From the IMG/VR virus record IMGVR_UViG_3300008448_000038, positions 17,199 through 81,198 of that record: a stretch of DNA of 64,000 nt. One strand, given 5' to 3'. The notes under the pieces were generated by a model, which ran no database searches, was not told where the DNA came from, and saw only the letters and a list, made by a program, of their open reading frames with translations. This DNA comes from a virus. Below are positions 1-10,244 of this stretch, piece after piece. Each line of letters begins with the position of its first letter. The first letter of the stretch is position 1. A program made the translations under genes and the position numbers.

Positions 1-42
1 GGTATCAGAAGCAAGTCTGAAATTGCAGCAGGATTAGGCTAA
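1..42 (+). CDS. C-terminal end of upstream gene (GIRSKSEIAAGLG*), possibly a baseplate protein
   Basis: Frame 1 is open to TAA at 40-42, which overlaps the next ATG (TAATG coupling); too short to identify. Confidence 0.35.
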   Translation, partial: GIRSKSEIAAGLG

Positions 43-743
43 TGAAACTTAATATCAAAAATACTTTTACTTTATCAAAAATTGAAGGTAATAAAGATAT
101 CAAAATAGCAGATATCTTTGGTAAGATTAAGTTACCAGATGTAGTGGAAGAATCTTTTAGACCATCTGAATACTTTTCACCGGAACAAGTTTCTTATGCA
201 AAATATGGAGATTCAAATAGAAGTTTTCAAATATTACAAAAATCAAAGATTGTAAATCCAAAATCAGATTTACCAAAAACAAAATACTTTATTACTAAAG
301 AATTAAATTCTGTTTATTATATTTTAAACGCTCTTCCTAATTTACAGGTCGGTGATATCATTGTCAAAAAAGTAGGATCATTTTTTGATCCAACTAATAA
401 TTTTTTTGTAATAACTTCTATACAAAGATTAACAGATTCTACAGATAACATTGCTATTTCTACAAAATACAAAGGAAAATTACTTGCGACCGATGCTGTG
501 CAAGTGATAAGAAATGGTGCTATCTTTTACGACGATGCTACTATAACCCAAAGTAGCACTAAAAATAAATTTCCTCTTAACTTCGTATCAGATGATGGTG
601 GTAAGGTACAAAAGTATAATCCAACACTCATTAATTCACATTTCTCTGGAACAAAATCTCAATACGCATTTGCAGATACATATTCGTCAACCCAAAGTCA
701 AGCATCAAGCGATCTAAGTACATTTACATTGAACAGACTATAA
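42..743 (+). CDS. Baseplate wedge protein, gp53-like
   Basis: IADIF...SPEQVSYAKYGDSNRSFQILQKSKIVNP resembles the gp53 P(E/D)xxSxxxYGD...ILxxNxIxNP pattern; located in the baseplate cluster. Confidence 0.55.
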   Translation: MKLNIKNTFTLSKIEGNKDIKIADIFGKIKLPDVVEESFRPSEYFSPEQVSYAKYGDSNRSFQILQKSKIVNPKSDLPKTKYFITKELNSVYYILNALPNLQVGDIIVKKVGSFFDPTNNFFVITSIQRLTDSTDNIAISTKYKGKLLATDAVQVIRNGAIFYDDATITQSSTKNKFPLNFVSDDGGKVQKYNPTLINSHFSGTKSQYAFADTYSSTQSQASSDLSTFTLNRL

Positions 744-744
744 T

Positions 745-3240
745 ATGCTTCCAAAATATATTAATATTAATGAAATTAGTTTTTATCATGTTTCTACGGG
801 AGCTTTTGAGGCTTTGCTATTAGATACTCCTATAGAACCTAACCCAACATTTACTTTAGTTGGGGATGTAGCTACTTCGATGTTTGAAAGATTAGAATTG
901 TCTTCTGGCATTGACCACAAATTTGCTAATGGTATTTTAGTACTTAAAGATCGTGGTGATATTATTGGAAAATTAAATCCATCTGGTAAAGATATTATAA
1001 AAATTTCTATAGCACCTGATCCTCTTACGACTACTGAAGGTGAATCTGAAGGTTTTGAGACATATTATGTTGTTTCAGAAACTGAATATTCTAATGCTGC
1101 AACTGATCGTAAATATTCAAAACTTATAACATTTAAACTATTATCAATAAATTTTTATAAAAATTTAAAAGCTATTAATACAGACACAATAAACGCAGAT
1201 TTATCTGTTTTAAAATATGGTACTATAGACTATAGTAATAAAATTTTTGATAAAATTTGTGAAGATGTTAAATTTATATTTCAACCCTCAGAGTTTGATA
1301 CTACTACTCAATATTATTTAAAAAATAAAAATTTAATATTTCCAAATAATAGAATCACAGATGATTCTCCCTTTGCCCATTTAGAATATATGAGTAAATA
1401 TGCAATGGGAAATAACCTTTTTCCTTCGTTTTATGTTTATGAAGATGTAAATACATTTTTAAATTTTGTTAATATTTTACCAACAGAACCTATTGAACAC
1501 CCGACAACGTATATTGTTGGTAATATAAACACATTTCCCGGTCGTGAAGTACCGTTTGAACTAGTATCAATAAAGAATTTTTCATTTTCTCGGTTAATAT
1601 CAGAAGGTGCCTTAAGTTCTTATTATGAATGTGTTTATCCAGATTTTTCAAATTACTATTTCGATTATTTGGGAAATAAATCTTTTATTAGAAGAAATAT
1701 AGAATTTGATATTACTGAGTTAAATACTGACTTTAATAAATTATCAGAAGATTACGATAGAGGCATTTCATATACATTTCCCGATACTCCTTTAGAATTT
1801 ACAACATTTACATGTAATCAAACAGATCCAGAAACTGGTGAATGTCTAAATGGATTAACGACATCTTTTTCTATACAGCAATCTTATCCTGCGTATATTC
1901 CGATGAAAAGATTTGTTGATGATAAACCTTACGGCTACTATGATTCTACTTATTTAAATACAAATTATGATCCTTCGTTCAATAATTTCTTAAATATTGA
2001 TTCCACCAAAACTACTGATAAACTATATCAAACAATGTTTGATATTTTCCCGTTTACTGACGATGACTTAACAGAAAACAATTCCCCGGGGATTACGAAT
2101 AGTATAGGGATGGTCCGAAAAATAATTGAAATTTTAAATTTAAATGAAAGTGCAAAAAAAATTTATAGAAAAAAAATAGAACTAAAAGAAAAGTTTAATG
2201 TTTTTAAATATGTTTTATGTTGTTTGTTGGGTGATGATGAAGATGTAAATACTATTGATGCCGTTGTTAAATATCATAGTGTTTTAACCAATTCGACAGA
2301 TACTAAGCATCCAGTTTATCTTTATACATTCAAACAGATTGAGTATATACCTTTAGATTTTAATATTTTCTTTAATTCAATAGATACAAATTTAAGTGGA
2401 TTTACTTTAATTCAAGGATCTAGCACTGCTCTAAGGGGAGTTACTATGAGCGGAATCACGTTAGATTTATCAAAATATGATTCATTTTATTGGCCAACAG
2501 GAATTGTAACTACGCAATTTAACATAAATCTTGGTATGGCAGGACTTGCTGCTGGCTTAACAAGATCAAATATACATTTCTTAGTTGCTGGATTGAAGGA
2601 TGGAGTAACTGGCTATTGTTTTAATACAAATGAAACTATGAATTTTCATGTTAATGTTCCAGTTGACAACCCCGGAAGTGCTATTGATCCAAATTTTACA
2701 TATTTTTCGAATGGTCTTACTTTAGGCGCAACTGGATTTTTTTATGGTGGATCTGGGTATGATTTATCATTGAAACAGCTTATTTTACGTCAAATTGGTT
2801 CTGGAGGAATTGTAACTGATACATTTGCGCTGAATGATTATAGAATCATGCCTATTGGCTGTATTAAACAAAATTGGTCATTAGATAATGCTAATGAATT
2901 TTTGGCATCACAATCTCAGCTTACTACAACAAAATGTAATATAAGATCAAGAGAACACATTACGAAAATATTTAGAAAAGATTTAAAAAATCTTAAAGGA
3001 ATTTCAGGACTTACATATACCTGTGCTGGCGTTACAGCAATTGTAGATGGGAGAACAAGTAATTTTATAATATGTCCAAACACAAATTATTACACCTTTG
3101 ATGTTCAAAATTCAATAGATGGATTCTGTGGTATTGAATGTGAGCTAAGTGATAATAAAAATCCTATAGTAGGGTTTACTGCTTCGCCACAATCAGATCC
3201 ATTTAAGTTTATAAGACCGTATCCGATTGGATATACCTAA
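745..3240 (+). CDS. Putative baseplate hub protein (gp27-like N-terminal part) with a long G-x-T-rich extension
   Basis: LELSSGIDHKFANGILVLKDRGDIIGKLNPSGKDIIKISI resembles hub N-termini; 831 aa; lies between gp53-like and gp25. Confidence 0.4.
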   Translation: MLPKYININEISFYHVSTGAFEALLLDTPIEPNPTFTLVGDVATSMFERLELSSGIDHKFANGILVLKDRGDIIGKLNPSGKDIIKISIAPDPLTTTEGESEGFETYYVVSETEYSNAATDRKYSKLITFKLLSINFYKNLKAINTDTINADLSVLKYGTIDYSNKIFDKICEDVKFIFQPSEFDTTTQYYLKNKNLIFPNNRITDDSPFAHLEYMSKYAMGNNLFPSFYVYEDVNTFLNFVNILPTEPIEHPTTYIVGNINTFPGREVPFELVSIKNFSFSRLISEGALSSYYECVYPDFSNYYFDYLGNKSFIRRNIEFDITELNTDFNKLSEDYDRGISYTFPDTPLEFTTFTCNQTDPETGECLNGLTTSFSIQQSYPAYIPMKRFVDDKPYGYYDSTYLNTNYDPSFNNFLNIDSTKTTDKLYQTMFDIFPFTDDDLTENNSPGITNSIGMVRKIIEILNLNESAKKIYRKKIELKEKFNVFKYVLCCLLGDDEDVNTIDAVVKYHSVLTNSTDTKHPVYLYTFKQIEYIPLDFNIFFNSIDTNLSGFTLIQGSSTALRGVTMSGITLDLSKYDSFYWPTGIVTTQFNINLGMAGLAAGLTRSNIHFLVAGLKDGVTGYCFNTNETMNFHVNVPVDNPGSAIDPNFTYFSNGLTLGATGFFYGGSGYDLSLKQLILRQIGSGGIVTDTFALNDYRIMPIGCIKQNWSLDNANEFLASQSQLTTTKCNIRSREHITKIFRKDLKNLKGISGLTYTCAGVTAIVDGRTSNFIICPNTNYYTFDVQNSIDGFCGIECELSDNKNPIVGFTASPQSDPFKFIRPYPIGYT

Positions 3241-4009
3241 AATGAAGCAATTTAAAAGAATACTAACACATTTTTTACACGATGTCCACGAACATAGTGA
3301 GCGATTTTCTCAAATTGAGCAGTATATTTGTGCAAATCCAGATGCAGTTGATAATCAACCAACTGATATACAAGATTGTATTAAAAAATTTCCAAGACTC
3401 AACGATTATTATCCGACAATGGAATCGTTCGTAGGTCCATCTGGTGGATCGGGATCAGCTACAATAAATATTGTTGCGGGAATAGAACCAAAAGATGAAG
3501 AATTGCAATCTTTGCTAACTGCTTCTTCTGAGTGTGCTGGAATTTCTGCAATTTTAGGGACACAATATTTGGGATGTGATTGGTCAAGTCCTCAATCCCC
3601 TATGTCATGTGATTGTCCCTATGTCACGCCAGCTTTTTTAAATTACCTATCTTATAAAAGATTGTCTGCTTCGTATTATAATACACATTTAAAGGCTCCT
3701 TTGTATAGAAATGCACTTGAATCTTTACTTAATGCGAGAAGAATTAAATTAAGAGTAAGAGGATATTTAAATTTCGATGTTGGTTTAGTTATTAACATAG
3801 AAGATAGAAGACCGCTGACGAAAGAAAATGAAGCTATAACTTTTTCTGGTTTCAGTGGTAAGTGGCTTGTTTTAAATCTAACACATGTTTTTAATAGGGA
3901 TAGAACGTATGAAACAGAATTAGAATGTGCTTCTTATGATTTACTCATTGGAAATTTAGATCTAAGAAATCCATCTGATTCCTCATCACTAGGAATAATA
4001 AATAGCTAA
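3227..4009 (+). CDS. Putative baseplate hub C-terminal part (gp27/GPD-like), Cys-rich N-terminus
   Basis: IKLRVRGYLNFDVGLVINI...FSGKWLVLNLTHVF...YETELEC matches the typical hub C-terminal pattern. Confidence 0.5.
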   Translation: MDIPKMKQFKRILTHFLHDVHEHSERFSQIEQYICANPDAVDNQPTDIQDCIKKFPRLNDYYPTMESFVGPSGGSGSATINIVAGIEPKDEELQSLLTASSECAGISAILGTQYLGCDWSSPQSPMSCDCPYVTPAFLNYLSYKRLSASYYNTHLKAPLYRNALESLLNARRIKLRVRGYLNFDVGLVINIEDRRPLTKENEAITFSGFSGKWLVLNLTHVFNRDRTYETELECASYDLLIGNLDLRNPSDSSSLGIINS

Positions 4010-4010
4010 T

Positions 4011-4385
4011 ATGGCAAAAGATTTTGATTTAAACTTAACAGTATCGGCAAAAAGCAAAGATTTTGTGCTTTTGAATACTACTTCTGCTTTGAATCAGACC
4101 ATTACAAATCTAGTCAATGTCAAAACAGGTGATATTATTTCAGATTTTGCCATAAATTCGCCTCTTTCAAGTTTAAACTATTCGGTTGATCCAATTTATA
4201 GAGAATATTATTTAAGTTTAATACCCGATTATCTTACTCATGTGACTAATGGAGAGATTGCGGAGGCAGAAATCACCACAAACAGCGTTACCAATAATAA
4301 AGTTTCTCTGGATATTCGTTATAAAACAAAATCAAATGCGTCTGGTAGATCAAATATAGTTAAAATAGAACAGAACTTATACTAA
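4011..4385 (+). CDS. gp25: Baseplate wedge subunit gp25-like
   Basis: KDFDLNL...DFVLLNTTSALNQTITNLVNVKTGD matches the gp25 N-terminus; 124 aa; directly upstream of gp6. Confidence 0.65.
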   Translation: MAKDFDLNLTVSAKSKDFVLLNTTSALNQTITNLVNVKTGDIISDFAINSPLSSLNYSVDPIYREYYLSLIPDYLTHVTNGEIAEAEITTNSVTNNKVSLDIRYKTKSNASGRSNIVKIEQNLY

Positions 4386-4386
4386 A

Positions 4387-6072
4387 ATGGCAATATCAAC
4401 CAATAATTTAGACATTTCCGCATTAGATTTTGATTCAATAAAATCTGATCTTAAGACATATCTACAAACGCAAACAGATATTGGTAAGGATATTGGCTTT
4501 GAAACTGGTTCAGTTTCAGATTCTCTACTTTCAGTTTTATCATATAATACCCTATATTATGCATATTACATTTATGCCTTATATCAAGAAACTAGCGTTG
4601 AAAATGCCACCAAGGTATCTTCAATTGAGAATATTTTGAAAGGTATAGGATATACTGCTCCCGGATACAAATCTGCAACTGCAAATATAAGACTAACCTT
4701 TAAACCCGGTTCACCTTCGGTAACTCTTCAAAAATTTGATTTATTTACCGCGAGCAATGAATTCGGTAAAAAATCATTCATCTATACTGGCAACACTCAA
4801 ACCTTTTCAAGTGGATATCTTGATATTCCTGTGACTGAAGGAACAATTGTAAGTGAAGTGCATTTCTTGGATGCAAACGAAACTTATATTGAACTTGATG
4901 ACACAAATATTGATATTGCAAACATTTATGTTTCTGTGGCTAATATCTATTGGACGAACGCAGTCAATTTTACCGGAGTTCCTACGAGTTCTTCAAAGGT
5001 CTTCTTTGTCGAAAAGGTGAATGGTAAATATAGAATTGTATTTGGTGGGTCAAGACAAGATTCTAGATTAAATGCTGCTGGTGACATTCCACTTACTTCT
5101 AACGAAATAGTTTTATACTATATTCGTTCAAGTGGAACATCAGGCAATAATTGCAAAGTATTTACATCAACGAATCCATATTTTACAATATCAACAAATA
5201 TTAATTCTTCTGGTGGTCTAAATCAAATAGGCGTTGAGTATCTAAGAGAAGTTTCTCCGCTTATTTTTGCATTGAATCCAACCAATAAAAGAATAGTAAC
5301 AATCAACGATCTTAAGGGATTCATCGGCACACATTCTACTTATGATACCACTAAAGATATTGATACTAACATATCTGTATGGAATGGTGCAAATACCAAT
5401 CTTAAAGAATTTGGAACTTGTTATTTCTCGGTCATAAATTCAACAAGCACAATTGGAAATCAAATTATTTCCGATCTGGCTGATTTTAAGGCTGGCAATA
5501 TAACAGTCAAATATACGTCACCAATCACAGTCTCACTTGCTGTTACTATAGCAGCTAAGTATCTTCCAAAAACAAAGAAGACTGCTGCTCAATTAAAATC
5601 AGGAATCGAATCTGCTCTAACAGTATATGACGTTAATGAATTTTTCAATAGCGTCAATTCTGAAGATTTACTTGCTATAATGAGAACTGTTGATTCTTCA
5701 TTATCAACGAATCAAACGACCATTTCAATGACTGCGACCTACACACACAGCCTTTCAAATGGTATAAATTTTGGATTTGAGAATGAAATTGTAAGTTTCA
5801 ATACAGAACTTTTTACTTCAAAATATGGCTCAGTAAAGCTCACAAGTTCAACCGTAGCAGATATTACTGGGTTTTACAAAATTCAAATGAAGAATTCCTC
5901 TGATGTTTTTATGGATTATGTCGGAAGATTTAATCCCAAAACAGGAGTCATTTCTCTTAAGAGTTCTTTTAATGCAACAAGCATCATCTTTAATTTTGTT
6001 GTCAAGGATATGGAAGCTGTTAAGAACTTTGTAGTTGATCCTACATTTACAGTAACTACAGAAATACTATGA
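4387..6072 (+). CDS. gp6: Baseplate wedge subunit gp6
   Basis: LDFDSIKSDLKTYL, LLSVLSYNTLY, IGYTAPGYKSATA, YRIVFG, YIRSSGTSGN, RIVTINDL. Confidence 0.85.
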   Translation: MAISTNNLDISALDFDSIKSDLKTYLQTQTDIGKDIGFETGSVSDSLLSVLSYNTLYYAYYIYALYQETSVENATKVSSIENILKGIGYTAPGYKSATANIRLTFKPGSPSVTLQKFDLFTASNEFGKKSFIYTGNTQTFSSGYLDIPVTEGTIVSEVHFLDANETYIELDDTNIDIANIYVSVANIYWTNAVNFTGVPTSSSKVFFVEKVNGKYRIVFGGSRQDSRLNAAGDIPLTSNEIVLYYIRSSGTSGNNCKVFTSTNPYFTISTNINSSGGLNQIGVEYLREVSPLIFALNPTNKRIVTINDLKGFIGTHSTYDTTKDIDTNISVWNGANTNLKEFGTCYFSVINSTSTIGNQIISDLADFKAGNITVKYTSPITVSLAVTIAAKYLPKTKKTAAQLKSGIESALTVYDVNEFFNSVNSEDLLAIMRTVDSSLSTNQTTISMTATYTHSLSNGINFGFENEIVSFNTELFTSKYGSVKLTSSTVADITGFYKIQMKNSSDVFMDYVGRFNPKTGVISLKSSFNATSIIFNFVVKDMEAVKNFVVDPTFTVTTEIL

Positions 6073-6752
6073 TATTATTTTTCAATCCAGAAACTCAAGG
6101 TTTAACCGTATCATTCGATGCGAGTTATTACATTGCTGAATTGGAAAATTATATTGCTACGACATTTAAAAGCACTACTGCCCCCACAAATAAAATTTTC
6201 GTTGAAGAATACTTTCCTCAATGGATACGAGAACAACACAATAAAAATCCAGTAAGATTTGTAAGCTTCTTACAAAATTATTATGACTGGCTATTTACTG
6301 TCGTTTCTGGTGGAGGATTTGGGGCAGATTATGAACTTGAAAAACTATTGGGTCTGCGCGAATGCCCGTTTAGTTCAGTCGATGAATTGATTTATCTGTA
6401 CGCACATGATTTTCATGGAATATCATATACCTCCACACAAGTAGAAAACTTCAGACCCTTTATAGAAAACATTCAGAAAAAATATCTTGCAGTAAAGGGA
6501 ACTGATTCTTCATATGAGTATTTTATTAAACAAATTTATGGATTCACTGCTGGAGTTACGGCCAATTATTCTAATACTACTTTTGTACTGAATTCTACAA
6601 ATATTGGACCCACAAATAAGCTTCAGGATAAAACTTCTGAAAATACATATACTGTCAAAATCGATGTCAGCTCGACCGCTGCCACTGCTGCTGACAAGAA
6701 GACTATAGAAGAATCATTCAATATTCTAGGATACAAGACATTGGTAATCTAA
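6069..6752 (+). CDS. Short gp7-like baseplate wedge protein
   Basis: FPQWIRE...FVSFLQNYYDWL and YLAVKGTDSSYEYFIKQIYG are gp7-type N-terminal motifs; follows gp6. Confidence 0.6.
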   Translation: MILFFNPETQGLTVSFDASYYIAELENYIATTFKSTTAPTNKIFVEEYFPQWIREQHNKNPVRFVSFLQNYYDWLFTVVSGGGFGADYELEKLLGLRECPFSSVDELIYLYAHDFHGISYTSTQVENFRPFIENIQKKYLAVKGTDSSYEYFIKQIYGFTAGVTANYSNTTFVLNSTNIGPTNKLQDKTSENTYTVKIDVSSTAATAADKKTIEESFNILGYKTLVI

Positions 6753-6753
6753 C

Positions 6754-7482
6754 ATGGCAAATACCCCATTCAACTCAAATGACTTTCCACTAAAGCAGTC
6801 ACCATATTACAGCAGAACATACGATTCTGATGTTGGTACTACATTTGGGTTTTCAAATAATCAACTTGTAGCTTTTCAGCCCGGAAATCCGCTTCAGGCC
6901 TCTGAATTGAACGAACTGCAAGAAAAACGTCTTCTTGACAACACTCTAAATTTTGAAATGTTAGGAGCATGGGCTAAAGAATGCTTTAGCAACAATCTAG
7001 ATTTCCCTAAGTGGGATGGGGCTATTCCTCTATATCCAAAGACTGATACTATTGGATCTGATACTAAACTTATTGGTATTACACAAGTTGGAACCAATTC
7101 TCTACAAGTCCAGTTTAGAACTGGTTGGTATCTAGTCAAGACTGATGCTGGATTGAGAACTTGGGTACACTATGACAATTCCCCAGCTACCGTAACCTCA
7201 TTTGTCATGGCACCAGCTACAAACTATTATATTGGTCTTTCCAAGACTGAAGGGTATAGTGGAGCTACTGCGACAAACGATCTAGGTGATAATTCTGATG
7301 GAACTTCAGACCCAAGCATACCCGGAGCGGATCGTTATATTGTAGGTCTAGGATCTGTAATGTTTAGTACAGTTTCTGGCTTTACAGGAAACTTTGAGCC
7401 AATTTTTAGTTACTTTAATAGCGGTCTAACTGGTGTTACAAACAGTGCTACATATCTTAACGGGTTAACATTCCACCCGTAA
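6754..7482 (+). CDS. Short DUF4815/VrlC-like virion structural protein
   Basis: SPYY...VAFQPGNPLQASELNELQ and PGADRY motifs. Confidence 0.65.
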   Translation: MANTPFNSNDFPLKQSPYYSRTYDSDVGTTFGFSNNQLVAFQPGNPLQASELNELQEKRLLDNTLNFEMLGAWAKECFSNNLDFPKWDGAIPLYPKTDTIGSDTKLIGITQVGTNSLQVQFRTGWYLVKTDAGLRTWVHYDNSPATVTSFVMAPATNYYIGLSKTEGYSGATATNDLGDNSDGTSDPSIPGADRYIVGLGSVMFSTVSGFTGNFEPIFSYFNSGLTGVTNSATYLNGLTFHP

Positions 7483-7494
7483 TGGAGGTGAATT

Positions 7495-8076
7495 GTGAGT
7501 TGTGGTTGTAATAAAGGCAAAGATAATAATGGTAATAAAGTGAGAATTTTCAGAGATATTTCATCTGGAAAAACTGATGTAAAAAAACTCTATACGATGA
7601 TTCAGGGGTTTGCTTTGGCTTATGCCTCTAGAGGACTGTCAAAAGAAAAGGCCCCCAAGGAAATCAAGCAACTAAGAGTGTTGAGTTGCTTTGGTAATGA
7701 ATCTTCTGGCGGTGAATTGCCACCATGTCAACATCTAAAACAGTCATCTACTGAAGGTAAATTCTATTGCGGTGGATGTGGCTGCGGAGATAAGAAGGCT
7801 ACTTGGCTCAACGGAACCGCTGAAGAGTATTCAAAGTTAGACTTCCCCTTCCTATCCTGTCCGTTGGCCATGCCGGGATTCTCAAACTATAAACAGAGCA
7901 ATCCAGATGAAGCTAACGAACCTATTACAAGAAAATTCTATATTGAAAATATGGATTTTACGGATGTACAGGAAGTTCAAGTTACACAGCATGAATTTGA
8001 TCCTGCTGCCCTTGGTTTAGCCAAGCAAGTAACCCAAGATGAACTTAAAAATATGTTTAAGAAAAAATCTGACTGA
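7495..8076 (+). CDS. Cys-rich hypothetical protein, probable metal binder
   Basis: GTG start after GGAGGTG SD; MSCGC, CFG...PCQH, YCGGCGCG, CPL. Confidence 0.6.
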   Translation: MSCGCNKGKDNNGNKVRIFRDISSGKTDVKKLYTMIQGFALAYASRGLSKEKAPKEIKQLRVLSCFGNESSGGELPPCQHLKQSSTEGKFYCGGCGCGDKKATWLNGTAEEYSKLDFPFLSCPLAMPGFSNYKQSNPDEANEPITRKFYIENMDFTDVQEVQVTQHEFDPAALGLAKQVTQDELKNMFKKKSD

Positions 8077-8089
8077 ATCTAATGCAGCA

Positions 8090-8095
8090 TACATA
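8090..8095 (+). promoter_or_regulatory. Putative late promoter, TACATA variant
   Basis: CATACATA 5 nt before the gp13 ATG; the same variant precedes gp19 and gp3. Confidence 0.45.
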
Positions 8096-8100
8096 ATAGT

Positions 8101-8907
8101 ATGCCAGCATTAAATTCCAGAGAATCTTTAATAGATTACGCTTTTAGAGCTTTAGGATCACCTGTAATCGAAATAAATGTCGATATGCAGCAAGCCTATG
8201 ACAGGCTTGACGATGCACTCCAGTTCTTTGCCGAGAGGCATTTTGATGGAGTGGATCGTTGCTATTTTGATTATGTTGTCACTCAGCAAGACGTAGATCG
8301 CAAATATATCAATACAGATGCCTTTGGCCCCATGGTTGGTGCTGATGCGTCTGGCCGTCCGGATGGGCGAGACATTTTATCGATCATAAGAATTTTTCCT
8401 TTTGGTACTCATAGCTCAAACAACTTTTTTGACATTCGCTACCAGCTAGCGTTGAATGACTTCTTCGGTATTAATACTAATCTTAACACAAGCGGTGCTG
8501 CTCCAGTAGCAACTTATGACATTGCTAAAAGATATATCAGACTAATTGAAATGATGTTTGATCCAGAAAGAGCTATTCGATTCTCCAAGGTCACAAACAA
8601 GCTTCAAATTGAAACTGACTGGACTGAAATGAAAGCCGGAACACATCTAGCTGTCGAGGCATATGTTCTGTTAGACCCAGAAAGATACACAGAAATTTAT
8701 AATGACATTCTTCTAAAGAAATATGTAACGGCTCTTATCAAGAGACAATGGGGCGCAAATCTTTCAAAGTTTGATGGTGTTCAGCTTCCCGGTGGTATTG
8801 TCACTAGAGGATCCTCAATTTTCGGAGAAGCAATACAGGAAATCGCCATCTTAGAAGAACAAGTTAGATCTGCGTATGAATATCCACCTGACTTCATGAC
8901 AGGATAA
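8101..8907 (+). CDS. gp13: Neck protein gp13
   Basis: LIDYAFRALGSPVIEINVD, DDALQFFAERHFDG, LKKYVTALIKRQWGANLSKFDGVQLPGG. Confidence 0.95.
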   Translation: MPALNSRESLIDYAFRALGSPVIEINVDMQQAYDRLDDALQFFAERHFDGVDRCYFDYVVTQQDVDRKYINTDAFGPMVGADASGRPDGRDILSIIRIFPFGTHSSNNFFDIRYQLALNDFFGINTNLNTSGAAPVATYDIAKRYIRLIEMMFDPERAIRFSKVTNKLQIETDWTEMKAGTHLAVEAYVLLDPERYTEIYNDILLKKYVTALIKRQWGANLSKFDGVQLPGGIVTRGSSIFGEAIQEIAILEEQVRSAYEYPPDFMTG

Positions 8908-8909
8908 AA

Positions 8910-9827
8910 ATGGCAACAAATCCATATTTCAGAGACAATTATTCTGGAGAGCAGAATGTTACAGAGTCCATCGTAATCGAAACGATTCGAATGATGGGCA
9001 AAAACTGCTTTTACATTCCAAGAGAATATAATAATATTTCTGTTCTTTATGGAGAAGATCCGCTTTCTACATTTACCAATAAAATTGAGATTGAGATGTA
9101 TCCAGCAACTGTCAATGGATTTGGTGGTGCAGGAGATTTGGCCTCAAGATTTGGTATTGAAGTAAAGGACGATGTTACTTTAGTTGTTTCAAAGAAAAGA
9201 TTTACAAAAGAAGTAACGGAAAGATTTAACACAATCACTCGCCCAAGAGAAGGTGATCTTATTTACTTTCCTTTATCTAAGACCTTCTTTGAAATAAATT
9301 TTGTTGAACACGAAACACCGTTCTATCAACTAGGTAAACTTTATACTTTCACATTATTCTGCGAAACTTTTGTCTTCTCCCACGAAGAATTCAATACAGA
9401 TTCGCCATTGGATACTATTATGGATCGTTCAAAGGAAACATACTCATTGTTTATCAATGAGGCTGGTGGTACTTTCATGAATGAGTTTACCATCGGTGAT
9501 AAACTATACCAGAACGGTTTCACCTTGGGTTCATCTCCAAAGACTGCTGCTATTGTGAATTACAATACCAGAGTGAAGCAACTTACACTATCTCCGATCA
9601 AGGGCACATTCGTATCTGGAGATATTGTGGTATCAAATGAATTTGGAATTACTGCTTCAATGACTGGTGCTACATCTTCCAATGTGGTTACCTACTTCAA
9701 TACAGAAACAGATAATATTTCTGACATTGACAATCCATTCGACATGCTTGTGCAAGATTATTACGCTGGAGTCACCCCAAGCTTAATCGACTATAGCGAA
9801 GATAATCCGTTTTCAGAGGGTATTTAA
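8910..9827 (+). CDS. gp14: Neck protein gp14
   Basis: MATNPYF, RPREGDLIYFP, FEINFVEHETPFYQLGK, DYSEDNPF. Confidence 0.93.
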   Translation: MATNPYFRDNYSGEQNVTESIVIETIRMMGKNCFYIPREYNNISVLYGEDPLSTFTNKIEIEMYPATVNGFGGAGDLASRFGIEVKDDVTLVVSKKRFTKEVTERFNTITRPREGDLIYFPLSKTFFEINFVEHETPFYQLGKLYTFTLFCETFVFSHEEFNTDSPLDTIMDRSKETYSLFINEAGGTFMNEFTIGDKLYQNGFTLGSSPKTAAIVNYNTRVKQLTLSPIKGTFVSGDIVVSNEFGITASMTGATSSNVVTYFNTETDNISDIDNPFDMLVQDYYAGVTPSLIDYSEDNPFSEGI

Positions 9828-10244
9828 ATGTCTGATATAACAAATAAAGATCAACTCAATAATTTTCTAGAAATTACAACACCTAAAGCCTTGAAGCAAG
9901 AGTCTTCTATAATTAAGAAAAACGTAGAAGATGACTATGAATATGCCCGTGATAATATTAAAGAAATATTAGAAAAGGGCAAGATGGCTTTGGATGGCAT
10001 TCTTCAGGTTGCTCAGGACGGAGACTCCCCCAGAGCCTACGAAGTCGCTACAAACATGCTCAAGGCTCTTTCCGAGATCAATAAGGATCTCATGGATGTC
10101 CATGTCAAGGTAAAGGATAGCGAAAGAACAACCATCAAACAAACTAATAATGCCATTTTTGTGGGTTCTACTTTGGATCTTCAGGACATGATAAATAAAG
10201 AAAGAAGTTCAAAGAAAGCAATAATACAGGATAACAATGTTTGA
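9828..10244 (+). CDS. gp16: Terminase small subunit gp16
   Basis: DDYEYARDN, SPRAYEVA, NNAIFVGSTLDLQ. Confidence 0.92.
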   Translation: MSDITNKDQLNNFLEITTPKALKQESSIIKKNVEDDYEYARDNIKEILEKGKMALDGILQVAQDGDSPRAYEVATNMLKALSEINKDLMDVHVKVKDSERTTIKQTNNAIFVGSTLDLQDMINKERSSKKAIIQDNNV

